A DNA stretch of 63,572 nt, filler included, from Stramenopiles sp. TOSAG23-2 (taxonomy: Eukaryota): NCBI GenBank assembly GCA_900128395.1. It is 6 parts of 6 records of this genome, joined end to end, with 100 filler letters (N's around TTAATTAATTAA, not from the genome) between each part and the next. Parts side by side here need not be neighbours in the genome. Positions count along the whole stretch, not along the records: positions 10,662 to 21,207 come from LT650010.1; positions 21,308 to 31,841 come from LT650011.1; 4 more parts are not named here. The stretch is one strand, 5' to 3'. Positions 11,138 through 21,474 of this stretch are shown here, piece by piece. The notes under the pieces are model-generated. The model had not been told where the DNA came from. It searched no databases and worked only from the letters and a program-made list of their open reading frames with translations. Each line of letters opens with the position of its first letter. Position 1 is the stretch's first letter. A program made the position numbers and the translations under genes.

Positions 11138-14096
11138 ATTTGACAACAATTAATAATAAATGTATTCATGTTTTCCGTACCATCATTATACGTACGTGCA
11201 AAACTGCTTGCTAACGTTACTATAAATGCAGAAATAAACAATACGACGTACCAATCAAATGGAAAATAACCTTTGATTCTTGTTGCTAATACAAATGCAA
11301 CTGGTTGACTAAATATTCGTTGTAACGGCAATGCATATAAAATGGTACATGGTGGCAATGTTAATGCACTTTCTTTTCCATAATGTAATACAAACCATTC
11401 TCTCGCTGGAAAAAATGTTAAATACCAAATAAATACGGTAATCGTATTGTATTTTACTCGGTATTGTTTCAATGTTTCTCGTGTGAAATATTTTTCCAAA
11501 ACAATATGTTCCAATAGATAATAACAAATTAATGGACCAATCATTGGCAACATCAATACAATTGGATGTCCATCAAAATACGTTCGAAGCATTTCATTTA
11601 TTCCCATAAATACCATACCACTATTGGCAAAACGATCGCGCATATAATAATTATCAGGGAAAAGGCAAAAGTAACATAACATAATTACTCCAGTCAATAT
11701 CTGACAACATTTTTTTGTCAATAAAGCTAAATGTGGCATAGGTTCACGTACAACAGGATAAAAATCTATTTTTTTATATATCGGTACGTTTGAAATATAT
11801 TGAACATGTTCCGTACAATCCATTGATGTTAAATATGAGCATACGTTTGTAGATAATTTAGTTATACCTAATTTTTCGACCATGATGCTACTATATTTCA
11901 ATACTGGATCCCGTTGATTGTTATCTTGGGTACGTGACATTGTTGGCACTAATATCAATGCTAATAATAATACAATTAAATATGTTGGAGCATTTAATAA
12001 TCGTTTACTAGCTGATTCATTATTTTCAATTACTATTGCAGTAAATGCATCATTTTCGTCCATATTATTATCATCATTATTACCAATATTCTCTTCAATA
12101 TTCTCTTCAATATTCTTTTGCGTCACACTACTATTACTCGTATTATTATTCACCATCAAATTCTTTGTTGAAATAGTATTATTAACAAAGTTATCTATAA
12201 TATCTGGAAGAGTGTTCCTATTCGTTCTTTCAGGCAATGCAACATCATCATCATAATCATTATCTTCAAAATCTGCAACTTCACCATCATCCACTTCTGA
12301 TGATGAATAATCTAAAAGTTCAAAGATAAAATATCGATTAAAGTTAGGATTTTCAGTATCCTTGTAATTATCAAACATCATATCAAAATCACCATTGGAA
12401 AAATCATCATTGAAAAAATCATTATTATTATCATTATTATTATCATCAGGATTATGATCTTCACCATTTCTATCACCAAAATGATCATTCGAATCAAAAT
12501 GATCAAAGTGGTTAAAATCGTCGTCGTCGTCGTCGTCATCATCATTATCTTTATTATTTTGTTCTGCAGCAGCAGCAGCTTCAGCTTCTTCTTCTGGTGA
12601 TAATATTTGGAAATCTACACGATTGGATTCAATTAAACCTTTATCTGTATTTGCTTTTAATATAAATTTATATAATCCATTTGAATAATATTGTAAATTA
12701 ATAGAAAAAAAAAGTGCTTTTGTTGATTCATGATACATTATATCAACCCGTGTTCGATCTTCAATCTTTTCCATCGTCGTCATCATCATTTCAGTCATAG
12801 TAGTAGTACTAGATAGTGAAGATGTATAATCAAATCTACCATTTGTATTTTTTGGTCGATAATAACTTTTTGTTTGAATTTTTTTTATTTTTTCCAACAT
12901 ACCAACAAATTCAGGATTTGATGCATAGATATCATCATCTTCATTAATAATATTAATAGCTACAAGTAAATTACGATTTGTATCATTATCTTCAACAATT
13001 GCATTTGGCATTAATGAATCGACGGATATCATTTGCTTATTGCCATCTTTCTCAAAATCTTTATCATAGCTACTTGTTTCCCCAGAGGTATTACTTGTAG
13101 TTGATGCGGATGATTTGCTGCTATTACCAGATGATTGCATATTAATCGTATCAGGATTGATTCTTATGCCTCTTCGTAATCTTTTATTTTCATATTCTAA
13201 TTGCATAATATTTGATTTTAACATTTCAACTTCATTAAGATCACGTTTTTTCTTTCTATTACTATTATTTTTATTTGATACTCGTTGCTTAGCATTTGAC
13301 TTTTGGATTCTTTTATGAAGATTTACTACATTTTTAATACGACTTTTACGTTGTTTCTTTCTTGGTATTGATTTTCCTGATGATGATTTAGTAGTAGTAG
13401 TAGCAGTATTTTTATTATTACTTGTTGCAGATAAATTTAAAGTACAAGGGGATGTTCTTTTTTGCATATCTACCAACCATTTAATTAAATAATCATTTAC
13501 GGATACTGCATCTTTCGTTGTTGTAAATGGTAAATAAATATTTACAAAGACATTTTTAAACTTATTTTCCAAACTTGAATCAAAGCAAATAGCACCATCA
13601 TTACCGATACGTGCAACTTTTTTAAAGACGCTTACTACTGTACTTGCATCTTCCGCCGTACAATATGCAGATCCAATACGTAGACTATATCCATGAAAGC
13701 GTATTTTTACACCATAACGTTTGACAGTTTTACCACGCTATATACACACATATAGAGATATTTTGTTTGTTAGGAAAAAAGACTAATTGGAATAAAAATA
13801 AATATATATATCATATATATATATATGAAACATTTATATATGGGACACCAAGGGTGATTATACTTACAGTTGTGGTGACATTGGAAGGTAATTTTTTTTT
13901 ACCTGACATAGATGGCGTTGTGTTACGAGATATATGGGACACCAAGGGTGATTATACTTACAGTTGTGGTGACATTGGAAGGTAATTTTTTTTTACCTGA
14001 CATAGATGGCGTTGTGTTACGAGATATAGATGATGACCCACCTGGATCACTTTCACTACTATCATTACTACTGTCTTTCAACGTAGGTAGTAACAT
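10999..14096 (-). CDS. Putative membrane-anchored transcription factor, paralog A (~957 aa); complement(join(10999..13737,13962..14096))
   Basis: Exon 1 MLLPTLK..KKLPSNVTTT, donor GTAAGT at 13961, CTAAC near 13770, acceptor TAG at 13738, then RGKTVKRYGVKIRFHGYSLRIGSAYCTAEDA in frame with ORF 10999..13572; collinear with paralog at 17562. Confidence 0.85.
13836..14023. repeat. Exact 94-bp tandem duplication spanning the exon 1/intron donor
   Basis: 13836-13929 equals 13930-14023. Confidence 0.9.
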
Positions 14097-14486
14097 GGTT
14101 GAATGATAATAATAACAATAAGAACAATTGACGAAGTAGAAAACTATGAAATTCAACTAAAAATACCAAATTGTGTCTAATTATTATAATTATTTTTAAA
14201 AATTATTAAATTTAAAATAATTAAAATGCAAAGAGCGGAAAATTAAAAAAAAAAATATTAAAAATTGTAATTTCTTGTTGTATATTTTTGTAATGTGCTA
14301 ATGGAAAATCTAAATATATGGAAGGAGAATTTTCATTTCTATCAATGTATTCTATTAGAGTGGAAAAGATTGTTTAATTCTGTAAACTCTTCTTTCTTGT
14401 TTAGCTTATCCGGATATATACACGTCTTTGGGTTGCAGTTTGGAGTTTGTACAACTGTGCCCCGCTGTATTCTAATTACATATGCA

Positions 14487-14893
14487 AGTATAAATTATGT
14501 GATTATGTGTCATTTGATAGGTAAAAAAATCGATGAGGAGTTTGTATTTTTAAGTATTTTATTGTATATTTTAAGTATTTTAGTATTGTTTGTTTTTTTG
14601 TATATTCTGATTTCTTCTTTTAAGTATAAATTATGTGTCATTTGATAGGTAAAACTCGAGTAGATGAGATTTAAGGATTTCTTGACATGTATTTTAAGTA
14701 TTTTAGTATTGTTTGTTTTTTTGCATATTCTGATTTCTTCTTTTAAGTATAAATTATGTGTCATTTGATAGGTAAAACTCGAGTAGATGAGATTTAAGGA
14801 TTTCTTGACAATTATTTTAAGTATTTTAGTATTATTGTTTTTTTGTTTATTCTAATTTCCCCTTTCAAGTATAAATTATCTGTCATTTGATAG
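14487..14893. repeat. Degenerate tandem repeat, ~120-135-bp unit, about 3.3 copies
   Basis: aagtataaattat..tgtcatttgatag recurs near 14487, 14622, 14742, 14867 with point differences. Confidence 0.85.
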
Positions 14894-14979
14894 AGTAAGG
14901 GTAAATTTGACGAATGAGCATTTCAAGTTTCACAAGGTATAATATATTGTATATAAATACTGTATTGTATGTGTTATTT

Positions 14980-16349
14980 TTACCATTCATTTAATATCTC
15001 CCAATAACCACGTTCTTTATCAATTAAACGTTTATTATAACGTTGGTGTATGTAACTTTGAAATTTAACTTTATATGAATTTTCAATATAAACGTTTTCA
15101 TTCATTAATTGTAAACCGGAATTGTACATAATTTCATCATCTAATACGTGATTATTATTATTATAAGAATCATTATCTTTTGTTACACTTTATATGAATT
15201 TTCAATATAAACGTTTTCATTCATTAATTGTAAACCGGAATTGTACATAATTTCATCATCTAATACGTGATTATTATTATTATAAGAATCATTATCTTTT
15301 GTTACGATGATATTATTATTATTAGTAGTATTATCATCATCCATATCTTCTATTACTGTTAATAAAAAAAAATCAATAGAATTTAATATTGGATCTGCAG
15401 TGGATGGTCCAGCTTCTAATAAAATTCGTTTACGTTTAATAGCTTGTTGATATTGAGAATATAATGTTATCATTGCCATTTTTGAATGTAATTCTTCTTC
15501 ATTAAATCCTAACACTAAACAATTATCTTTTAAAAATCGTTTACAATCTGTTTCATCATTATATGTTAAAAATTGATCTCCAATTTCATTTGCAGTTTTA
15601 GCATTTGTAAATATTGCACATGGCTGCTGTTCAACTGTTATATTTTCATTATCATTATTACCATTACCGTCATCACCTGCTGCTGCTGCTAATGATGATG
15701 ATGATGGATCTTGATATCCATAAAAAAATGGTTTATTAAAATCAATATTTGTTTTACCACTTGTAAGTAAGGTAGGATATGGATTTTCCAATGGTAAAAT
15801 ATTTAATTCTTTTCGTAATTCATGTAATGCATTTTTACCTAAACCTTGAATCGATAAATTTAAATTTTCTTCTTCTCTTAAATTTGCACCTGTTGTTAAA
15901 CTAGCATTTGATATAGAACGTAAAAAATTAAAAGCAAAATAATCAATATTAAAAATCGATTGAATAGTTTCCAAATTATTATAATTATTAAGAGTACTAT
16001 CATTTAAATTATACTTTGTTTTCTCCGTTTCAATTGTTAAATATTCATTGATTTCTTTGATTGGGTTTGCACGTTGCAATACTACCCTGGAATGTAAAAA
16101 CCCAGACATATTTAATAATTCTTGTATCATTTTTTTATTAAATATAATCGTTTCTGCAATATTTTTCACATCATGTTGATTAATTAAATGTTGTTTTGTT
16201 AATAATTTTTTAATCACTGGATTGGAGGACAGTATCATTTTTTTATTAAATATAATCGTTTCTGCAATATTTTTCACATCATGTTGATTAATTAAATGTT
16301 GTTTTGTTAATAATTTTTTAATCACTGGATTGGAGGACAATATATTCAT
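14980..16349 (-). CDS. RibD C-terminal/DHFR-fold reductase-like protein (~380 aa after collapsing two exact duplications)
   Basis: NFLRSISNASLTTGANLREE, LLTSG, RILLEAGPST..IDFFLLTV resemble RibD_C motifs; removing the 119-bp duplicate extends the frame through KFQSYIHQ..YWEILNEW to TAA at 14980. Confidence 0.65.
15068..15305. repeat. Exact 119-bp tandem duplication that truncates the ORF
   Basis: 15068-15186 equals 15187-15305. Confidence 0.9.
16124..16339. repeat. Exact 108-bp in-frame tandem duplication
   Basis: 16124-16231 equals 16232-16339; gives the doubled 36-aa N-terminal segment. Confidence 0.9.
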
Positions 16350-17020
16350 CCCGTCTTATTATTTCTTAGTATGGTATGATATGATATGTGTATATATATG
16401 AGCTATGAATTGTTTTTTTTTCATAATTTTCTCTCATTATACATTATCTGTTGTATACTAACAACATTAAAATTGAATTGTGCAATCCTGTGGCAATTGC
16501 ACACCAGCACAATTCAATTTGTTTTATTAATAAATTTTTTTAAAATGTGAAAAATGAATGATCGATTTTCACCTCCTCTCCTATCAAATTCCCACATATT
16601 TATACTTGGAACGTTTTGCCTTACCCTCTCGTCGGATAATCTATAAAATTCTAAATCATCTAAATCTCTTAAATAAATCACTTTACAAACTATATAAATA
16701 CATTCTAATTTAAATTCCGTCGAAACATATCTCTGTCCACTTTCATCCACCTACATGTAACATGCAAGCTAAGCATTTCCAGTGAAGACAGTTCGCACGT
16801 TCGCACGTTCGCACGTGAAGACAACAACACAAAACATCAAATCACAACACATTTTGAAGGAACATTCAAGTTGAGTGGCATAATGTCCGAAATTTTGAAG
16901 TATAACATTACGATATTTACAACGACATAGCACTGCGAACGACGAGAGTACAATAAAGAGATCGATAGGAAGCATTATACTTGGTAGATTATACACCAAA
17001 TTTGTGGTATACCTTTCGTC

Positions 17021-17198
17021 TTTAGTGCTATGTCGGCGTACATGTAGTAATGCTATTCACTTGCTATATATTGCAGCGAGGCACACGTATCCTTCTGGTG
17101 CTCGTCTGTTTTAGTGCTATGTCGGCGTACATGTAGTAATGCTATTCACTTGCTATATATTGCAGCGAGGCACACGTATCCTTCTGGTGCTCGTCTGT
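17021..17198. repeat. Exact 89-bp tandem duplication
   Basis: 17021-17109 equals 17110-17198. Confidence 0.9.
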
Positions 17199-17561
17199 CC
17201 TCATTAAATTAATAACAAAAAAAAAAAGTTCATTTAAGGATTATCCTTGACTATATCCTAATACTATTCAGATACTAATGTAAATTAACATTCTCATAGT
17301 ATTGGAGTTATGTAAATATTGTGTCTATGGTAACACGTCACCAAGCATCACAACATATATTGAGTCCTTAAATGATCAAGGAGGTTTATCAAATACAGAT
17401 AATAAAATATATATATAGCTTAAAGGCATGTAGTGTGACATATACATGTGTATGGATGTTTATTGATGTGAGAACCATACCTATCATTGTTACTGATCGT
17501 TTTCACACCTTTAGTTTTGTTGATAAATAGTAGTAGTAATAATAATAATAATAATAATAAA

Positions 17562-20438
17562 ATGAAGAAAAGTAATAGTAGTAGTAAAAAAAATAATAAT
17601 AATAATTCCAAGAAGAATCATGGTGGAAGAAAAGCATCCACCCGTCGAAATAAATCCCAACAGCAGCAACAAAAGTTACCCTCCAACGTAACCAGAACAC
17701 GTGGTAAAACTATCAAACGTTTCGGTGTGAAAATACGATTTCATGGTTACAGTCTCCGTATTGGATCGGCGTATTGTTCTGCTGAAGATGCAAGTGCAGT
17801 TGCAGCTGTCTTTAGAAAAGTTGCACGCATCGATAGTAACGGTGTAATTTATTTTGATTCCAGTTTAGGAAGCAAATTTAAAAATGTATTTGTAAATATT
17901 TATTTGCCTTTTACTACAACAAAGGATACCGTATCAATATATGAATATTTAATGAAATGGCTAGTAGATATGAAGAAAAAGACAATATCAATATCCCCAA
18001 AAAAATTATTGCCCGGATCACTAGAGAAAAGTAATATCAGCGGTAGCGAGATGGAAAAAAATCACTTAGAAAAGTTAAATGTCATAGGGAAAGATACAAT
18101 TATTGCCAACAACAGCAGCAACAACAACAGCAACAACAGCAGCAACAACGGCAGCAACAACGCCAGTTTATTAGGAAAACGTTCTAATAGTAGTACGGAT
18201 GATAATTTTGTTACAACTACAGGAATCATGGTTTCTGGTAACACGAAATTAACACAAGTTCAATTATTAAAATCGCAAATTGCAGCATTAGAAATGGAAA
18301 ATAAAAGATTAAAATTAATAGATGATCCTGGAATGACTTCAAGTAGTAATAGTAGTAAATCATCAAACTCAACGACAAGTGATTCAGGGGAAGATACATC
18401 AAGAAGTGGAAGTAGTATTTCAGATGGTAAAGATTTTGATATGCAGTATACCAAACGATGCCATATCAATGATGGAAGAAGATTATTAGAAGTATGTTCA
18501 TTGATACCACAATATATAGCACAGGATGAAACCAAAGATAACAATGTAAATCGTAATTTATTAATTGCTATTGATTTAGATGAAGATGCTAGTATTCATA
18601 ATGAACACCCACAATTTATTGGTATATTAGAAAAAATGACCATATCACCAAAAAAAAGAAAAAATAATAAGAAAATACAGAAGAAGGAAGAAGGCACTAC
18701 CAATAAAACAAAACCTGTAGAACAGCCAATATTAATTGTTGAAGATCGTACTCGTGTTGACATATTTTATCATGCCATCACAAAAGCACTTTTTTTCTCT
18801 CTTAATATACGATATTATTCAAATGGATTATATAAATTTATATTAAAAGCAAATACAGATAATGGTTTAATTGAATCCAATCGTATAGATTTCCAAATAT
18901 TATCACCAGAAGAAGCTGCTGCAAGAAACGAAGAAAACTGTAGTAGCGACAAAGGAAATGGTAATGATGATGATGATGATGATGATGAAAACAACGATAG
19001 CGATGGCAATAATAATAATTTTAGAGATTTTGATGATTTTGATCCAAACGATCATGAACATTTTAGTGATGGCAATGGTAGAAACGATGATCATTTTTTC
19101 GATGATGATTTTTCGAATGGGGATTTTGATACGATGTTTGATAATTATAAAGATAATGCTGATCCAAGTTTCAATCGATATTTCATCGTTGAACTATCAT
19201 CTGGTGCCGAGGAGGAAGGTGAAGATGGTGAAGTTTTACATCTTGAAGGTAATGATGCTACATTGTTATCTGAAAGCACAAATAGTAGTAGTGGTAGTAG
19301 AAGTAGTACTGATGGTGGTCCAGAAGATGTTCATAATATTATTCATCATCCAAACAATAACAATAAAGCATTTACTGCAATATCGATTGATAATGATGAA
19401 TCAACTGGCAAGCGATTAATGAATGCTCCTACATATTTAATCATTTTGCTTTTAGCATTGCTACTTTTTCCAACGATGTCACGCGCTAAAGATAACGATA
19501 AACGGGATCCAGTGTTGAAATATGGAGCAATTATGGTGGAAAAGATAGGTCTTACTACATTATCTACGAACGTATGCTCTTATTTAACATCAATGGATTG
19601 TACAGAACATGTGAAATTTATTTCAACGGTACCTGAATATCAAAAATCAGATTATTATCCTGTCGTGCGACAAGTCATTCCATTTTTCTCTCCAATTTTA
19701 AAAAAAGCCGGACAAATATTTATGGTAGGAACTGCGTTGTGCTTCTTTTGCCTCTTCCCAGATAATTTTTATTTACGAGATCGTTTTGGATATAGTGTCT
19801 CAGCGACACTTGCAATGATTGAAATTGCTCGTGTATTTGTTGATGGTTATCCAATGGTATTTGCATTGCCAATGGTTGGCCCATTACTTTGCTATTACAT
19901 ATTTGAAACGATTCTATTGGAGAAATATTTTACGAAAGAATTAATGAGGAAACACCGTGCAACTTATCTATGTGTCACAGTATTTGTTTGGTATATGATG
20001 TTTTTACCAATTAGAGAATGGGTTGTGCAAAATTATAGCCAAATCGATGAAGCATCAGGGAAGTCAATTGCATCGATTTTACCACCATGTACTATTTTGT
20101 ATTCACTTCCTACGCAAAAAATGTTTAGTCAAGCTATACCGTTAATAATGGGTACAAGAATCAAAGGTTATTTTCCATTTGATTGGGTCGTCGTGCTGTT
20201 TATTACTGCATTTGTATTAACGTTGGCAAGCAGCTATGCACGTACATATAATGATGGTACGGAAAACATGAATACATTTATTATTAATTGTTGTCAAATT
20301 TTCCCATATTACGTATCACCATTGCTTTTCACAGGTACTTTGATGACAATTATCAAACCTGTATTTTGGTTAGCACGGAATCAATACGAAGCATATACAG
20401 GGAATCGATGGGACAGAGGAAACAATGTATATGCTTAA
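17562..20438 (+). CDS. Putative membrane-anchored transcription factor, paralog B (958 aa, intronless)
   Basis: First in-frame ATG at 17562; AP2-like KRFGVKIRFHGYSLRIGSAYCSAEDASAV; zipper LLKSQIAALEMENKRL; conserved beta block; Asp-rich tract; multiple C-terminal TM helices. Confidence 0.88.
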   Translation: MKKSNSSSKKNNNNNSKKNHGGRKASTRRNKSQQQQQKLPSNVTRTRGKTIKRFGVKIRFHGYSLRIGSAYCSAEDASAVAAVFRKVARIDSNGVIYFDSSLGSKFKNVFVNIYLPFTTTKDTVSIYEYLMKWLVDMKKKTISISPKKLLPGSLEKSNISGSEMEKNHLEKLNVIGKDTIIANNSSNNNSNNSSNNGSNNASLLGKRSNSSTDDNFVTTTGIMVSGNTKLTQVQLLKSQIAALEMENKRLKLIDDPGMTSSSNSSKSSNSTTSDSGEDTSRSGSSISDGKDFDMQYTKRCHINDGRRLLEVCSLIPQYIAQDETKDNNVNRNLLIAIDLDEDASIHNEHPQFIGILEKMTISPKKRKNNKKIQKKEEGTTNKTKPVEQPILIVEDRTRVDIFYHAITKALFFSLNIRYYSNGLYKFILKANTDNGLIESNRIDFQILSPEEAAARNEENCSSDKGNGNDDDDDDDENNDSDGNNNNFRDFDDFDPNDHEHFSDGNGRNDDHFFDDDFSNGDFDTMFDNYKDNADPSFNRYFIVELSSGAEEEGEDGEVLHLEGNDATLLSESTNSSSGSRSSTDGGPEDVHNIIHHPNNNNKAFTAISIDNDESTGKRLMNAPTYLIILLLALLLFPTMSRAKDNDKRDPVLKYGAIMVEKIGLTTLSTNVCSYLTSMDCTEHVKFISTVPEYQKSDYYPVVRQVIPFFSPILKKAGQIFMVGTALCFFCLFPDNFYLRDRFGYSVSATLAMIEIARVFVDGYPMVFALPMVGPLLCYYIFETILLEKYFTKELMRKHRATYLCVTVFVWYMMFLPIREWVVQNYSQIDEASGKSIASILPPCTILYSLPTQKMFSQAIPLIMGTRIKGYFPFDWVVVLFITAFVLTLASSYARTYNDGTENMNTFIINCCQIFPYYVSPLLFTGTLMTIIKPVFWLARNQYEAYTGNRWDRGNNVYA

Positions 20439-21073
20439 AAAAGAAGAGAGTGTGATGTGTCTTATACGTATAAAAGGAGAGATAAGGGTGTGTTTAATGA
20501 AGAAAAATGAAAAACATCTAAAAAAATTTGGAGATGTACGAATTTAAAAGATTTTTAAAGTTTAAAAGAGAGACTTTTTATAACACCAATATTTAACGTA
20601 TTAACCAAAAACCAAATACTCCGGTACTTCGTATATACGTACGGAAGTATAAATATAATATGTGTGTTATAGTTTACGCATATTAATTTCTATCTTTTTT
20701 ACTCGCGTAAAAAAAAATACGAGAATTACGAATTACGAACGTTTTTAAAATATTTTTAAAAATATGTGCGGATCAAAATTTTGAATCAAAAAAATAATAC
20801 TCACACAATAAACACTCACACTCTTCCGCACACATTAAACTTCTCGCACGAAAGTATCTTTTTCTTTCTCTCTTTCTCTCTCTGTTTTCCTTTTTTTAAA
20901 AAACATTGTCGTATATGTATCAATATTAATATACGTGTGTGTAAAAACGTTTTCATTATTGTCGTTCGCCATATAATATAAATATACTCATTAATATACC
21001 CCCACGCTTTCTCGCACCTTGCACCATATATGATATATATAATATATATATATATTATGCATATATAAATATA

Positions 21074-21207
21074 TTAAAACGATTTCATTAAAAAGTCATG
21101 CATTGGTGGCAGTACATTTGAATGACAACTGGCACAGGTTACTTGTTCTCTGTATCTGTTACATACTTGCTTATATGTTTCATCATTGTTATTATCCGTA
21201 CTTTTCA
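21074..21207 (-). CDS. 3' fragment of a protein ending in a CxxCH motif (5'-truncated by contig end)
   Basis: KSTDNNNDETYKQVCNRYREQVTCASCHSNVLPPMHDFLMKSF* is open from the contig edge. Confidence 0.55.
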
Positions 21208-21307
21208 NNNNNNNNNNNNNNNNNNNNNNNNNNNNNNNNNNNNNNNNNNNNTTAATTAATTAANNNNNNNNNNNNNNNNNNNNNNNNNNNNNNNNNNNNN
21301 NNNNNNN
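21208..21307. other. Artificial contig linker
   Basis: N44-TTAATTAATTAA-N44. Confidence 0.99.
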
Positions 21308-21474
21308 TTTGTATACTACCACGTTGGTATTTTTGTAAATTAGTGTTTGTACTCTTGATAGGAATTATAAGCTTATTTTGTACTTAAACTGGACTGAATT
21401 TTTAAAATTTCACTCTTTTTTTCATTTCCAAAAATTTTAGGCAATATTTATTACTGTTTTTTGAAAATCTTTCC

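Noticed and set aside
14295-14764. ORFs of 116 and 84 aa
   Set aside because: Translations of the non-coding tandem repeat
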